A stretch of DNA of 64,000 nucleotides from Thermodesulfobacteriota bacterium. GTDB lineage: Bacteria; Desulfobacterota; Binatia; Bin18. The stretch covers positions 3,872,001 to 3,936,000 of the forward strand of contig OZ219926.1 in the NCBI GenBank assembly GCA_964291405.2, read 5' to 3'. The notes under the pieces are model-generated. The model was not told the DNA's origin, made no database searches, and worked only from the letters and a program-made list of their open reading frames with translations. The stretch's first letter is position 1, and the number at the start of each line of letters is the position of its first letter. Shown here in pieces: positions 1 through 9,900 of the stretch. The translations under genes and the position numbers were made by a program.

Positions 1-2
1 AG

Positions 3-1928
3 GTGGGGGATGAGACGGCGGTCACCGGTCAAATCGCCCGTATGGAACGGCGCTTTCTGGCCCGCCGCCGTCGCTGGGTGCTCGAAGCCGTTGTCCGAGA
101 CGAAACCGGTTTTCTCTTCCTGCTGTGGTATCACCAGCATCGCTATTTTCAGCAGCGCTATCAACTTGGTCAGCAGGTCCTGCTGTACGGCAAGGTCGAG
201 AAGGGCATGAAGGGCGGCAAGTGGATGATCCACCCGGACATGGAGCCGCTGGAAGAAGAAGACGAGACCGCCCGTGTCTTGCCCATTTACAATAAGACCA
301 CCGAAATGACGGTGGCTGCCATGCGCCGGGTCGTGCATGGTGCCGTTGACCGCTACGTCGATCAGGTCGCCAACGGCGTGCCACAGGAAATTTGTGATCG
401 CTTGAACCTGATGCCGCTCAATCACGCCCTGCGGCAGTTGCACTTCCCCCCGCTCGATACTGAGGTTGTTGAACTCAATGAGGCCGCCTCTCAGGCGCAC
501 CGGGCCGTGGTGTTCGATGAACTCTTTTATTTGCAACTGGGCATGGCCCTGCGCCGGCGCAATACCGTTCGGGAAGAGGGGTTGTCCATTGTGCCGGGAC
601 CGCTCGTCCAGCAGATATATAGTATCCTGCCGTTTCAATTGACCGCAGCCCAGGAGCGGGTGGTTGAGATGATTTTTCGGGATATGGCGGCTCCCCACCC
701 CATGAACCGCCTGGTCCAGGGAGATGTTGGCTCGGGCAAGACGATCGTAGCCTTCTTTGCGGCCCTGGCCGCCCTCGATAGCGGCTACCAGGTGGCTTTC
801 ATGGCTCCGACGGAGCTCTTAGCTGAGCAGCACTACCGGACGCTGACGCCGCTGGCTGAGCAACTCGGCCTGTCCATGACGCTGCTGACCGGAGAAATCC
901 GCCCGAAACGGAAACAAGAGATCTATGGTCTCCTGGAACGGGGCGAGGTCGAGGTCGCGGTTGGCACGCATGCCCTGATCCAGGAGGGCGTGCGCTTTCG
1001 GCATCTGGGTCTGGCCATCGTGGATGAGCAGCATCGCTTTGGGGTGATGCAGCGCGCCGCCCTGCGAAAACGCGGTGCGAACCCGGACATTCTGCTGCTG
1101 ACCGCAACCCCAATCCCCCGCACTCTGGCCCTGACCCTGTACGGCGACCTGGATGTCTCAGCTATTGATGAACGCCCGCCTGGCCGCAAGCCGATCACGA
1201 CCCATGTGTTCCATGAAGGCGAGCGAAAAAAAGCCTATCATCTCGTCAAAGACCAGCTCGAACGGGGCCATCAAGCCTATGTGGTCTATCCGCTGGTCGA
1301 GGAATCCGAGAAGTCCGACCTCAAGGCTGCGACCTCCATGGCTAAAGAGCTGGCCCAGACTTTCTTTGCCGACTATTCGGTCGGGCTCGTGCATGGCCGC
1401 ATGAAGGGCGGTGAAAAAGAAGCGGTTATGCAGCGCTTCAAGGCTGGCGAGCATCATTTGCTGGTTTCGACTACCGTCATTGAGGTCGGCATTGACGTGC
1501 CGAACGCGACCGTCATGGTGATTGAGCATGCCGAGCGCTTCGGTCTGGCACAGTTGCACCAGTTGCGCGGTCGAGTCGGACGCGGGCAGGCCGCCTCCTC
1601 GTGTTTGCTGCTGGCCCAGTACGCGCCGGGCGACGAGTCCCAGCGGCGTCTTCAGGTCATGACGGAAACCGATGACGGCTTCAAAATTGCCGAAGCTGAC
1701 TTGGCGTTTCGCGGGCCGGGCGAGTTTCTGGGCACACGCCAGTCCGGCATGCCCGACTTCCGGGTGGCCAATATCGTGCGTGACAGCAAACTGCTGGAAA
1801 CCGCGCGAGACGAAGCCCTGACCTGGCTCGAACGTGACCCCAATCTGACCACCCCCGAATCCCGCCGGCTACGCGCCGTCCTCGAAGACCGCTGGGCCGG
1901 CCGGCTGGAACTGGCCAGGGTGGGGTGA
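3..1928 (+). CDS. recG: ATP-dependent DNA helicase RecG (5' part lies outside the window)
   Basis: QGDVGSGKT Walker A, DEQH, TATPIPR, QLHQLRGRVGRG and RGPGEFLGTRQSG motifs. Confidence 0.97.
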   Translation: MGDETAVTGQIARMERRFLARRRRWVLEAVVRDETGFLFLLWYHQHRYFQQRYQLGQQVLLYGKVEKGMKGGKWMIHPDMEPLEEEDETARVLPIYNKTTEMTVAAMRRVVHGAVDRYVDQVANGVPQEICDRLNLMPLNHALRQLHFPPLDTEVVELNEAASQAHRAVVFDELFYLQLGMALRRRNTVREEGLSIVPGPLVQQIYSILPFQLTAAQERVVEMIFRDMAAPHPMNRLVQGDVGSGKTIVAFFAALAALDSGYQVAFMAPTELLAEQHYRTLTPLAEQLGLSMTLLTGEIRPKRKQEIYGLLERGEVEVAVGTHALIQEGVRFRHLGLAIVDEQHRFGVMQRAALRKRGANPDILLLTATPIPRTLALTLYGDLDVSAIDERPPGRKPITTHVFHEGERKKAYHLVKDQLERGHQAYVVYPLVEESEKSDLKAATSMAKELAQTFFADYSVGLVHGRMKGGEKEAVMQRFKAGEHHLLVSTTVIEVGIDVPNATVMVIEHAERFGLAQLHQLRGRVGRGQAASSCLLLAQYAPGDESQRRLQVMTETDDGFKIAEADLAFRGPGEFLGTRQSGMPDFRVANIVRDSKLLETARDEALTWLERDPNLTTPESRRLRAVLEDRWAGRLELARVG

Positions 1929-1948
1929 GCCTGACGCCGTTCCGCATT

Positions 1949-2557
1949 TCATTTTTTCGGCTTACCAGGGATCATTTCTAAAGACTCGATATCACGAGTG
2001 TTCAAATACACCCCACCCTGCGTTAAATCTCGTCGGATATGAAGGTCGTTGTCCACGAGATACGCTGGACGGAGGAGGAACTCATGATCTTCAGCCGCAG
2101 GGTCAAAAGAGTATTCCTTTACCCAGCCCAGGTAGAGTACGTCCTGCTTGGTACGAGCGAGTACCCAGAGGTCATCCTTGGGAGCATTGTCAACAACAAC
2201 ATGCCAGATAGCCTGGGGGTCAGGGGTTGGAAAGAAGTCAAGTTTGATACGGAGCCAATGCCCGGCGATAAGAATACCGCCCCAAATAGCCCCTCCACCG
2301 AGTAGAACTGCAATCATCATGGGCTGGATTTCGGAGCCCGAATCTGGGTTTAGGATGTCAGGGTCTTTACAGCCAAGCATATAAGCCGCAGTTGAGAGTC
2401 CTAAAAGTATTAGAAAGCTATGCAGGATGCTCCAGCCAATGGCCTCAAACCGAGACAGGGGCTTGGCCGGGTAGCGCACCCGATAAATCTGCATGGCGAG
2501 GAAACCAGGTAGCAAATAGAGAAGGAGGACGAGGGTATCGCCAAGAGGAATCTTCAT
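1949..2557 (-). CDS. Membrane protein with 3 TM helices and a C-terminal beta-rich (Sm-like) domain, DUF6338-like
   Basis: N-terminal LLYLLPGF, three hydrophobic segments, AIW motif, WV..TK....YLG, and C-terminal GVYLNTRDIESLEM. Confidence 0.75.
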   Translation of the reverse strand: MKIPLGDTLVLLLYLLPGFLAMQIYRVRYPAKPLSRFEAIGWSILHSFLILLGLSTAAYMLGCKDPDILNPDSGSEIQPMMIAVLLGGGAIWGGILIAGHWLRIKLDFFPTPDPQAIWHVVVDNAPKDDLWVLARTKQDVLYLGWVKEYSFDPAAEDHEFLLRPAYLVDNDLHIRRDLTQGGVYLNTRDIESLEMIPGKPKK

Positions 2558-2598
2558 AGTTCCAGTGGCTTCGGAGAAAGTCTGTTGTTGCTGGGTTG

Positions 2599-2796
2599 CT
2601 ACGAATCATCATTACCTGTTTTTTGCAGCGTCGCATCCGAGTTATCGCTCCCACTCGGTTGTTGTGAACCCTGGCCACTCGGTTGTTGTGGGTTCTGGAC
2701 TATAACCGGTGGGCTGGAATCTGGATCTTTATTGGTGTGTGTGTACGACCTCAAGAGATCGGGGTTGAAATTGGAATGATCATTGCGCTTCGGCAT
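2599..2796 (-). CDS. Small Pro/Gln/Ser-rich peptide (65 aa) upstream of the DUF6338-like gene
   Basis: Strong RBS GGAGGT-AAAT-ATG (ATG at 2796); internal QQPSG repeat; the frame continues past the TAG to a TGA overlapping the next gene's ATG (2557). Confidence 0.65.
   Translation of the reverse strand: MPKRNDHSNFNPDLLRSYTHTNKDPDSSPPVIVQNPQQPSGQGSQQPSGSDNSDATLQKTGNDDS
2651..2690. repeat. 16-bp direct repeat with a 24-bp period, encoding QQPSG twice
   Basis: ccactcggttgttgtg at 2651-2666 and 2675-2690. Confidence 0.85.
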
Positions 2797-2855
2797 ATTT
2801 ACCTCCAAATAGAAGTTAGTTAGCTAGATTCCTCTTACTATAGACGGACAACCGA

Positions 2856-5800
2856 ATGCAAACTGAGGCATCACCGGATCACCAAGGTATGAACATCAAC
2901 AATACTGTACAGGGCAGTCTGTTTGCCCGCGACTTTCTGACGGAATCCATCTCGCAGTTATCCGACTGGCAGGCTGTTGACGATGCGGCCCTGGACGAAT
3001 TTGAACGCGCGCTGCGGAGTATCTTCGACCCCTTCCCGACCGACCAGACCCCCAACGAGAGCCAGACCGAGGACGATCTGATCTGGCCGGTACTCGAAGC
3101 CTTGGACTGGACGGCCAGCCTGCGCCAGCAGAATCTCTCGTCGCGCGGTCGGGACGACGTGCCCGACGGTTTGCTCTTTGCCGACGAGGCGACCAAGGGC
3201 CGCGCCAACCGTTACCAGCAGGAATGGAGGCGTTACGAGTACGGCTCAGCCGTGGTCGAGTCCAAACGTTGGTAACGTCCGCTTGACCGGCGCTCCGACC
3301 GGCGGGGCGAGGAGACCGCGCCCTCGACCCAGATGTTGCGCTACATGCGACGGGTGGACGACCTGACGAACGGTGCGTTGCGCTGGGGCATGTTGATCAA
3401 TGGAGCCAAGTGGCGGCTGTACTGGGCTGGTGCGCGGTCCGTATCGGAACAGTTCTTCGAGCTTGACTTGGCGGCGGCCCTGAATCTGCCCGGCCATAAC
3501 GACGGCCTGTTCGCGCTGTCCGAGACCGACCGCCGGCACTGCCTCAAGCTGTTTTTGCTCTTCTTCCGGCGTAACGCCTTCCTGTCCGATCCTGCCACCG
3601 CAGATTCGCGCACGCTACACCAGCGCGTTCTCGATGAGGGCCGCGTTTACGAAGAACGGGTGTCCGCTGATTTGTCCGAGTTGGTTTTCAAACAGGTATT
3701 TCCCAAGTTGGCTCGGGCCATTTCCGAAGCTGCCCCGGACGCACCGTTGTCCGAGGTGCGTGACTCGGCCTTGATTCTGCTCTATCGGTTGCTGTTTATC
3801 CTGTATGCCGAAGACCGCGACCTGCTGCCGGTGCGGGATGAGCGCTACGACGATTACGGCCTGCGCGACAAGGTGCGGGGCGACATTGGGCGCCGTAAGA
3901 GCCAGGGCGATACCTTCTCAGCCAGCGCGGCCCGTTATTGGTCAATCATTGACGATCTGTGCCGAGCGATTGACCAAGGCGATACCTCGATTGGCCTGCC
4001 GCCCTATAACGGCGGTCTGTTCGACCGGCAACGCACGCCGCTGCTGACCACCGTCCGGTTGGGTGATGCGGTCATGGCCGACGTGATTGACGCGCTCTCG
4101 TTTGAGGTGACCGACCAGGGCCGGCGCTATATCAACTACCGTGATCTGAGCGTGCAGCAACTCGGTTCAATATACGAACGCCTGCTCGAATACGAAGTCG
4201 TCCGCGACGGCACCGCAATCAACGTGCAGCCTAATGTGTTCGCTCGCAAGGGCTTGGGCAGCTATTACACCCCGGACGATCTCGTAGAGGTGATTCTCAA
4301 GGAGACGGTCGGCCCGTTGGTCGAGTCCTGCACGGAGGCTTTTGCCAAGAGGGTAAGGCGCATTCGTCGGAGTCGCCGCGAGCCGAGCGCCGGACTTGCC
4401 GACCTCAGGCGGCTCGATCCTGCCGAGCGGCTCTTGGAACTGAAAATCTGTGATCCGGCCATGGGTTCCGGGCATTTTCTGGTCAGTCTGGTGGACTATC
4501 TGGCCGACAGCGTAATTGCCGCTCTTGCCGAGGCTCAGGCTACGGTTGAGAACTATGTTTCGCCGTTGACCGAGCGGATTGACGATATTCGCACCACCAT
4601 CCTGCATAATGCCAGCGAACGCGGCTGGACCATAGACGCGGAACAGCTTGACGACCGTCACATCATTCGCCGCATGGTGCTCAAGCGCTGCGTGTACGGC
4701 GTGGACAAAAACCCCATGGCCGTTGAACTGGCCAAGGTGTCGCTGTGGCTGCATACCTTTACCGTAGGGGCACCGCTGAGTTTTCTGGACCACCATTTGC
4801 GCTGCGGCAACAGTCTGTTCGGCTGCTGGGCGCGTCAGGGCATCGAGAAGATGAGTGCCGGTGAACCGGGCTGCGGACGCGGCCAACGCCATGCAGGTTG
4901 TTGAGCATCTGACGGATGCCGAGATTGCCGAGGCCCACCAGTCCGCCCAGACCTTTGCGCAGGTGGAAGCCATGACCGCGCCGCTCGACGCGTTTCTGTC
5001 GCTGCTGCACGCCCTGGACTGGCTGGATATCCGAAATCGTGACGACACGGCTGCGCTGCATGCTTTTTTCGAGGGCCGCCTGGGCGACCCGCTCGATATT
5101 GCACCGGGACAGTGCCCCGTCTCGACCGCCACACCCGACGGCGAACGGTTCGCCGGGCTGTTGGAACGGGCACGCACTCTCATGGCCGAAGAGCGCTTTC
5201 TGAACTGGCAGGCCGCATTTCCCGGTGTGTGGACAAATCTGAAGAATGTGGAGCCGGACGGCGGCTTTGACGCGGTCATCGGCAACCCGCCCTGGGACCG
5301 TATCAAGCTGCAACAGGTCGAATGGTTCGCGGCCCGCCGCCCCGAGATTGCCCTGGCCCAGCGCGCTGCGGACCGCAAGCGTATGATCGCTGCCTTGGAA
5401 AGGGAGGGCGATCCGCTGAGCCGCGATTTTGCCAAGGCGAGCGAACGAGCCGTCGCTGCCACGCGCATGGCGCGGGCGTGTGGCGATTACCCCTTGTTAT
5501 CGCGTGGCGACGTGAATCTCTATTCCCTGTTTGTCGAGCGGGCCATGACGCTGGTTAAGCCGACGGGCATGGTTGGCCTGCTCGTGCCGTCCGGCATTGC
5601 GTCGGACAAGACCGCCGCCGCGTTTTTTCAGGGCGTGGCAACGGAGGGGCGGTTGCGGGCGTTGTACGACTTCGAGAATCGTAGAACCAAGTTCAATGCA
5701 CCGCCGTTTTTCCCGGACGTGGATAGCCGTTTCAAGTTCTGTGCAATCGTGGCCAGCCCGACATCAACCAGCGAGCCTGCCCACTGCGCGTTCTTTTTGC

Positions 5801-6942
5801 AGGATGTCTCCGAACTCAACGACCCGGAGCGGCGTTTCCCGCTGACTGCTGAGGACTTCGCTCGTGTCAATCCGAATACCGGCACCGCACCCATCTTCCG
5901 CACCAGCCGTGACGCCAAGCTAACGACTGCAATCTACGAACGCCTGCCTGTGTTGGTAGATTGCTCTGGTGGCGAGGAAGTCAAGGCGTGGCCGGTACGA
6001 TACTCGACCATGTTTCACATGACGAACGATTCCGGCCTGTTCCGTACACGGGAAGAGTTGGAAGAAGGGGAGGGTGCATGGCCTATTGGTGGCAACCGTT
6101 TTGGTAGCCCAAGTGGGGAATGGGTACCGCTATACGAGGGAAAGATGGTGCAGGCGTTCGATCACCGGGCTGCGAAAGTGGTGGTTAATCCCGAAAATCA
6201 GCATCGACCGGCCCAGCCCGTGCCTGCTACCCTGGAGCAGCACCGAAACCCGGCCTGGTTGCCTGACCCGCAGTTTTGGGTGGCTACATCGGAGTGCGGC
6301 TACTCCCCGGAATCGGGTTGGGTTCTGGGCTTCAAGGAAATCACAGCCCCCACGAATGTCAGGACCTTTATCGCTGCGCTCCTGCCTGCGGTAGGTTTCG
6401 GGAACAAGGTACCAATCCTCAAATCGGAGACGGCGGACCGAACCGAATGGCTGTTGGCCGCCAATCTCAATGCAACGATTTTCGATTTCGCAGTACGGCA
6501 GAAAGTACAAGGCCAGACCTTGAACCTCTTCATCGTCGAACAGCTACCCGTCGTTCCGCCCGACCGCTACAACACCGTCCGTTTCGGCCCCAAGACCGCC
6601 GGCGAGATTGTCCGCGAGGCCGTGTTGGAACTCACCTACACGGCTCACGACATGGCCTCTTTTGCCCGTGACCTGGGCCATATTGATGAGACTGGCGAAG
6701 TAAATCCGCCGTTTGTGTGGGACGAAGAACGCCGGTTGCATCTGCGGGCCAAGCTCGACGCGGTGTTCTTTCATTTGTACGGCGTCACCGACCGCGATGA
6801 CGTGCGCTACATCTATTCCACCTTTCCCATTGTCGAACGCCAGGAAACGGCGACCTATGGCCGCTACCGCTCGCGTGATTTGTGTCTGGCGTGGCTGAAT
6901 GCCTTGGCGGCGGGAGAGCCGGACGCAGAGATTGATTTGTGA
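2856..6942 (+). pseudogene. Type IIG (Eco57I-like) fused restriction endonuclease/N6-adenine methyltransferase, disrupted
   Basis: N-terminal PDGLLF...VESKRW nuclease motif, CDPAMGSGHFL SAM-binding motif and VIGNPPW catalytic motif; in-frame TAA at 3273-3275 and a frameshift near 4855. Confidence 0.88.
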
Positions 6943-6973
6943 CGCAAGTGTCTCATGGTATGCTGTGGAACTG

Positions 6974-9900
6974 ATGGGTCATATGCAGGGCTACATCCAA
7001 CTTGATCGGAAATTTCTCGAGTTCGACGAACGGTTACAAGCTGGGGAAAGTGATGACTCTCTGTTTGCGTTTGACCTCTCATCTAAAATAGGGAAGTCCT
7101 GGTCGGACATACTGAAAAATCGTTGTACCGTTATTCTGGCCGAAGCGGGTTCTGGAAAAACTACGGAGTTACGTGCCCAGACGGAGCGTCTTCGTCGCGA
7201 GGGCCAATCGGCTTTTTTTTGCCGACTAGAAATACTGGCTGACGAGTCTTTTGAAGACGCCTTGGAGGCCGACACATCTCAGGATTTCCCGTCGTGGAGA
7301 GATAGCGACGCGCACGGCTATTTCTTCCTCGACTCGGTTGATGAGGCACGGCTTGCCAGTCCCGGCGCTTTTGAGACGGCTGTCATCCATTTCGCCAAAG
7401 TGGTCAGGCACTATATGCACCGCTCAACGGTCGTCATTTCGACTCGTCCCAATGCGTGGCAAGCTCAAGCTGACCCGGACATGCTCAAAAGACGATTAGC
7501 CCTCCCTGAAGAAGTTAAACCGGCAAGCAACGATACAAGGAATTATGATCTCAATAATGGAGGCCGACTTCCCACACGAGGGAGCAAAGGGGCCGAAACT
7601 ACTGGGATGGGGAAAAATTCGTTCGTCATAATGCAGATGTCGCCCTTGAATCAAAGCCAAATACAAATTTTTGCAGAGGCCAAAGGAATAACCGACATCA
7701 CCGCATTTATGGAAGCCATCAACCGCGCAGATGCGGACGTTTTTGCAACTCGGCCGGCGGACCTGCCCGGTCTCATTGATGCTTGGAAAAAGAAGGAACA
7801 CCTCGGGAACTATTCCGAAGTTGTCTTGAAAAATATTGAACTCAAATTGTCGGAAGAGAATCCCGTTCATGGGCCACAAGCCCCACTCTCGCAAGACCGT
7901 GCGCTTGAAGGTGCAAGAGTCCTGGCTGCCGCAGTGACCTTGACGACATGCACGTCAATTCTGCTTCCTGACGATCCTATTGAAGAGACCCTTCGTGAAA
8001 AATGCCTGGACCCTAAAGAAGTTCTGCCAGACTGGCAGTCTGCTGAGATTCGCGCCCTCCTCGGTCGTGCGCTGTTTGAAGAAGCGCTCTACGGTTCCGT
8101 TCGATTTCATCACCGGACCGCACGCGAGTATCTTACGGCATGTTGGTTTAAGAAGTTGCTTTCGCAACAAAAGAATCGCCGCAATATAGAATGCCTGTTC
8201 TTTGCCCGCCCCTATGGCGTCCTCCCCGAAATAGTTGCTCCTTCTCTCAAGCCGGTAGTCGGCTGGCTCGCCGTCTGGGACCCAGGAATTTGTACTCGTA
8301 CCTTGCACACCGACCCGAAAGTTTTGTTGGAATACGGAGACGCTTCGGCACTTGATATCAGGACCCGTGAAACCCTGTTGAGAGATTTTGCAAGCCGTTA
8401 CGAGAACCGTGATGACACTCCACTGAGCCTTCATGTTCGAGAAGTACGCCGTTTGGCGGATCACCGATTAGCCGGGGTCATACGTGATCTTCTCCAAAAA
8501 TATCGCAATCACGGCGACGTCAGAAGACTCTTGCTGCGTATCATTCGAGAAGAACGAATTCCTGATTGCGGGCAACTCGCCCACTCGTTGGCAATTGACC
8601 CCGAAATGGACGTTTACACGCGAAGTACCGCGGTACGGGCGGTCGGCTTGGCCGGAAACCCTGACGAGCAAAAACGGTTAGCCGAGGAAATTCTCGGTCA
8701 AGTTTCCAGTCTGGAGCAAGATATTGTGGGGGCAGCTATTGAAACGCTTTGGCCCAATGCCTTCACAGATCAAGATGTTTTGACGATTCTTGAAAAGACA
8801 CCTGTTCCTGAGCAGTTCGGGGCTGCCGAGTTGAAGTATGCAATCTCGCAAATGCCGGGGCGCATTTCGGACAGGAGCCGAGTCCAAAACCTTCTCGCCG
8901 CTGTGCTCAAACTCGTCTCACAGCCTCCCTGGCACCAAGACGAAATTTGCCGAATCTCGAAAAGATACGACTGGCTAGTAAACCTGCTCTGGGCTTTAGT
9001 GAAAAGGTTTAATTTCTTGCATGGCGCTCCAGAGACCGTTCCTGGGTTTCTATCGGCTATATCTTTGTGTGCTCGGTCCCATCATTATATTCGTCATTAT
9101 AGAGGCGATATGGATGATGAGATTGCTCAACTTCTTCATGGTAATGCCAAAATCAGACATGCGTTGTTCTGGTATAAGTATGAACAAGCCAGACAAGTGG
9201 AAGAGGAGCCTATTACTGATTATCGATTTATTTATGGATTCCCGCGTACAAGTGTCCTGGAGAAAGAGGATAGGGACTATTACCTTCAAGAACTTCGTGA
9301 GCGTTCGGACCCCGTAGAGAGACAGATCGTAATGTCTGTTCTGTTCGGGGTTTATAATGCCAGTAAAGATGTTGTCTTGCGCGAACGCATTAGGGATGCA
9401 GTGAGTGGTGCCCCGGACCTCGTAGCCGAATTCAACCGACTACTCACACCGTCCGCGCCCTCCGAAGCATACCTTGAGGCGCAAAGAGAGATTTCTGAAA
9501 GTCTCTTGCAAAGACAACAACAGGAAATAGAGGATGCCCAAGCACGTCAAGATTGGATTGAAAGATTGAAAGCCGACCCGAGTATGGTCGGCGACCTGTC
9601 CTTAGCTGCTGAGGGACAAGTCTGGAATAATACCTATGGGCTTCTACAGGAGATTGAAGAGAAAACCCATGCAGGTAATCGTCTAACAGCGTCCCAATGG
9701 GAACTTCTCATCCCTGAGTTTGGAGAGATCGTCGCCCAACGGTTCCGCGATTTCTGTCGAGATTTCTGGAGACGCTACACGCCGTCCGTGCGGTCCGAGA
9801 CCGCGGAGGGAAACCAGACGATAGCACCCGCTCTGATTGTTGGTACTAGCGGATTGGCTATGGAGGCCAACGGCGATGAGACATGGGCCGCCCAACTAAC

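Noticed and set aside
4167-5468. Long antisense ORFs (this one, and 12820-13677, 15973-16908, 37401-38507, 52505-53437)
   Set aside because: They shadow well-supported genes on the opposite strand and have no recognisable motifs; expected at this GC content.
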